A stretch of DNA of 37,371 bases from Candidatus Micrarchaeota archaeon (lineage in GTDB: Archaea > Micrarchaeota > Micrarchaeia > Anstonellales > Bilamarchaeaceae): contig DYTL01000001.1 of NCBI GenBank assembly GCA_020726005.1, forward strand, positions 1 through 37,371. Direction: 5' to 3'. Position 1 is the first letter of the stretch; every line of letters begins with the position of its first letter. Below the pieces are notes generated by a model. The model did no database searches. It was not told the origin of the DNA and saw only the letters and a list, made by a program, of their open reading frames with translations. The position numbers and the translations under genes were made by a program. Positions 35,663 to 37,371 of this stretch are shown piece after piece.

Positions 35663-35923
35663 TCACTTCGCTTTTCTGTTTTTTTGATAAAACTTTTTAG
35701 ATAGCTCGAAAAAATTTTTCAAACAGCAAAGCTAAAATTTATTTTTATTAAAATTTAAATAGCATGATTTTGTTCTCGCACGCAAAAATCCACAAATTCA
35801 ATGTACATACAACTTTTTACTAAATCTTCATTTAATTACTAGAAAATTGCGATAAATTTTTGGCATAAAAATTTTCGCAAAAAATTTTTTCAGTATTAGA
35901 ATTTGCGAATAAAATACGAAAAT

Positions 35924-36394
35924 TTATAGAACAATGAATTCCGAATTTTGCGAGTAAACTCCTTTTCCATACTTTCTAATTTTTACATTTTGTACTTCTC
36001 CAACGAAAATTACATGATCACCAATTATAAACTCATTAATCACTTTACATTCAATACTGATTAAACATTCCTTTATAGAAACCGCGCACACTTTTTCAGA
36101 TTTTTCCTGTGTAAGTCCACTCGTCTTGAATTTATCGCAATCCTTCCCACTTATTCTTCCAAATTTTTCTATTTTTTCTTTTAAATCCCCACCAGGAATA
36201 TTGATTACATATTCTTTACTTTCCTTAATCATATCATAAGTGAATCTTTTTGGCGCAATTGCAACCCCAAATAATGCGGGTTCAAATGATAACGGAAAAC
36301 ACCAGCTCGCAGGCATGAAATTATTCTTTCCTTTATTGCTTGTACTTATTAGAACCACACGCACAGGAGTAAGAAGATGATATGGTTTTTCCAT
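35924..36394 (-). CDS. Flavin reductase-like FMN-binding domain protein
   Basis: 156 aa with PVRVVLISTSNKGKNNFMPASWCFPLSFEPALFGVAI and GDHVIFVGEV, typical of the Flavin_Reduct split-barrel family. Confidence 0.65.
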   Translation of the reverse strand: MEKPYHLLTPVRVVLISTSNKGKNNFMPASWCFPLSFEPALFGVAIAPKRFTYDMIKESKEYVINIPGGDLKEKIEKFGRISGKDCDKFKTSGLTQEKSEKVCAVSIKECLISIECKVINEFIIGDHVIFVGEVQNVKIRKYGKGVYSQNSEFIVL

Positions 36395-36623
36395 AAAAAA
36401 AGTTTTGCTTAAAGATTTATATATCTTTGTCTGAACTTTAATTTGAAAATTGTTCAGATCATAAGAAAGAGAATATAATTCTGATATTTTTTATTCTAAA
36501 AGAAAATAGTTTTAGAAAAGATAAAAGAGTTTTTGAAAATATTATTTTGTTGTGGGATTAAAAGGAAAGATTTATATATAATACAAACACTAAATATATT
36601 ATAAAGATACATAGTGATGTATT

Positions 36624-37331
36624 ATGCAAAAAATAATTACGGTAGATTATAAGAACATACGTTTATCATCTCCTCCAAACTTATTTAAAAATCATGCGAT
36701 GACACAAGAAGGATTTGGGTACCTAAAGAAAAGTGGAATAAGTAAAAAAAATGTGGAAAATTATTTCGAGAAATTATCTCCATATGAAGAAGACGCAATT
36801 AGATATTGTACGTGTTATCTCGACAACTTTCCGAAGTTAATTAATTGTTCTATAATAAATTTAATATATTGTACATTACACGATCCAGACATTGATTTCA
36901 AAGACAAAAAAATTGGAATATATTTTATATATAATGACAAAAGTACTCCAGAACCAACGATAATAATCCCTGTTGATAATATAAGGTGGTATTTAACATT
37001 AACAAAAACATCAATTAAAACAAAACCATTAGATGTGCTTTATACAATTGAATGTGACCTAATCTTTAAACTTGCTAAATTTTATTACATCATGCTCAAT
37101 AAAACTACTTCTCATAATGTGATTAACACAGAACAAGTAGTAAAAATAGAACAAGATATTATCCGTCTTTTATGCGCTTTTTATAGTATAAATAAGAGAG
37201 CTATACCTTTAACATTTTTTAATAATATTGGTAAGGATACATTATCAAAACTTAATGATTCGATAACTCTATTATCAGATAGTTACAATCCAAACTACTA
37301 TCATACTCTATACTATTTAAATAAACCTTAA
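36624..37331 (+). CDS. Hypothetical protein, no recognisable family
   Basis: 235-aa ORF, very AT-rich. AGTGAT lies 5 nt upstream of the ATG. There is a Cys cluster RYCTCYLDNFPKLINCSIINLIYC. I see no motif I can name. Confidence 0.45.
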   Translation: MQKIITVDYKNIRLSSPPNLFKNHAMTQEGFGYLKKSGISKKNVENYFEKLSPYEEDAIRYCTCYLDNFPKLINCSIINLIYCTLHDPDIDFKDKKIGIYFIYNDKSTPEPTIIIPVDNIRWYLTLTKTSIKTKPLDVLYTIECDLIFKLAKFYYIMLNKTTSHNVINTEQVVKIEQDIIRLLCAFYSINKRAIPLTFFNNIGKDTLSKLNDSITLLSDSYNPNYYHTLYYLNKP

Positions 37332-37371
37332 TTACCCTCAACATCACTATAGTATCCTAAAAATAGGGTTT

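Noticed and set aside
35376-35923. Idea that the AT-rich spacer is a replication origin
   Set aside because: I see no repeated ORB-like elements flanking an unwinding region. No orc1/cdc6 gene is nearby. AT-richness alone is uninformative in a low-GC genome.
1-37371. Scan for CRISPR arrays, cas genes, toxin-antitoxin pairs, restriction-modification or other defence modules
   Set aside because: No regularly spaced repeats and no ORFs with recognisable defence-related motifs were found. The window is dominated by housekeeping operons.

Overview
Low-GC archaeal chromosomal segment. Gene content, GGTG-type Shine-Dalgarno sites and an intron-containing tRNA fit an uncultivated, possibly DPANN-like lineage, but I cannot assign taxonomy from sequence alone. 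Almost all of it is conserved housekeeping. In order: (1) a transposase gene truncated by the left edge, with a triple 11-mer repeat at its 5' end. (2) An orphan lipobox protein. (3) A complete A1Ao ATP synthase operon atpH-I-K-E-C-F-A-B-D (1.3-9.9 kb), followed by argH. (4) A DUF192 lipobox protein and fructose-1,6-bisphosphate aldolase/phosphatase on the minus strand. (5) A COG4880-type secreted beta-propeller protein and sufB-sufD without sufC. (6) tRNA-Gly(UCC), an ACT-domain regulator and a 750-bp gene-poor spacer. (7) Topoisomerase VI B and A. (8) tRNA-Ser(GGA) with a short intron. (9) A 13-kb minus-strand cluster: rps17-rpl14-rpl24-rps4e-rpl5-rps14-rps8-rpl6-rpl32e-rpl19e-rpl18-rps5-rpl30-rpl15-[inserted gene]-secY-adk-DUF106-rpl34e-cmk-rpl14e-cbf5. 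(10) An AT-rich 0.66-kb spacer, a flavin-reductase-like gene and an orphan ORF. I found no CRISPR array, recognisable defence or toxin system, or clearly novel multi-gene system. The best novelty candidates are single-gene oddities. The main one is a six-TM domain fused to a CrtI/RetSat-family flavoprotein, wedged between rpl15 and secY. The others are a DUF106/EMC3-like insertase with a ~130-aa extracytoplasmic insertion, the truncated ribosomal operon with an isolated hairpin, and the two long spacers. All product calls rest on motifs and gene order I recognise by eye. No database search was run.
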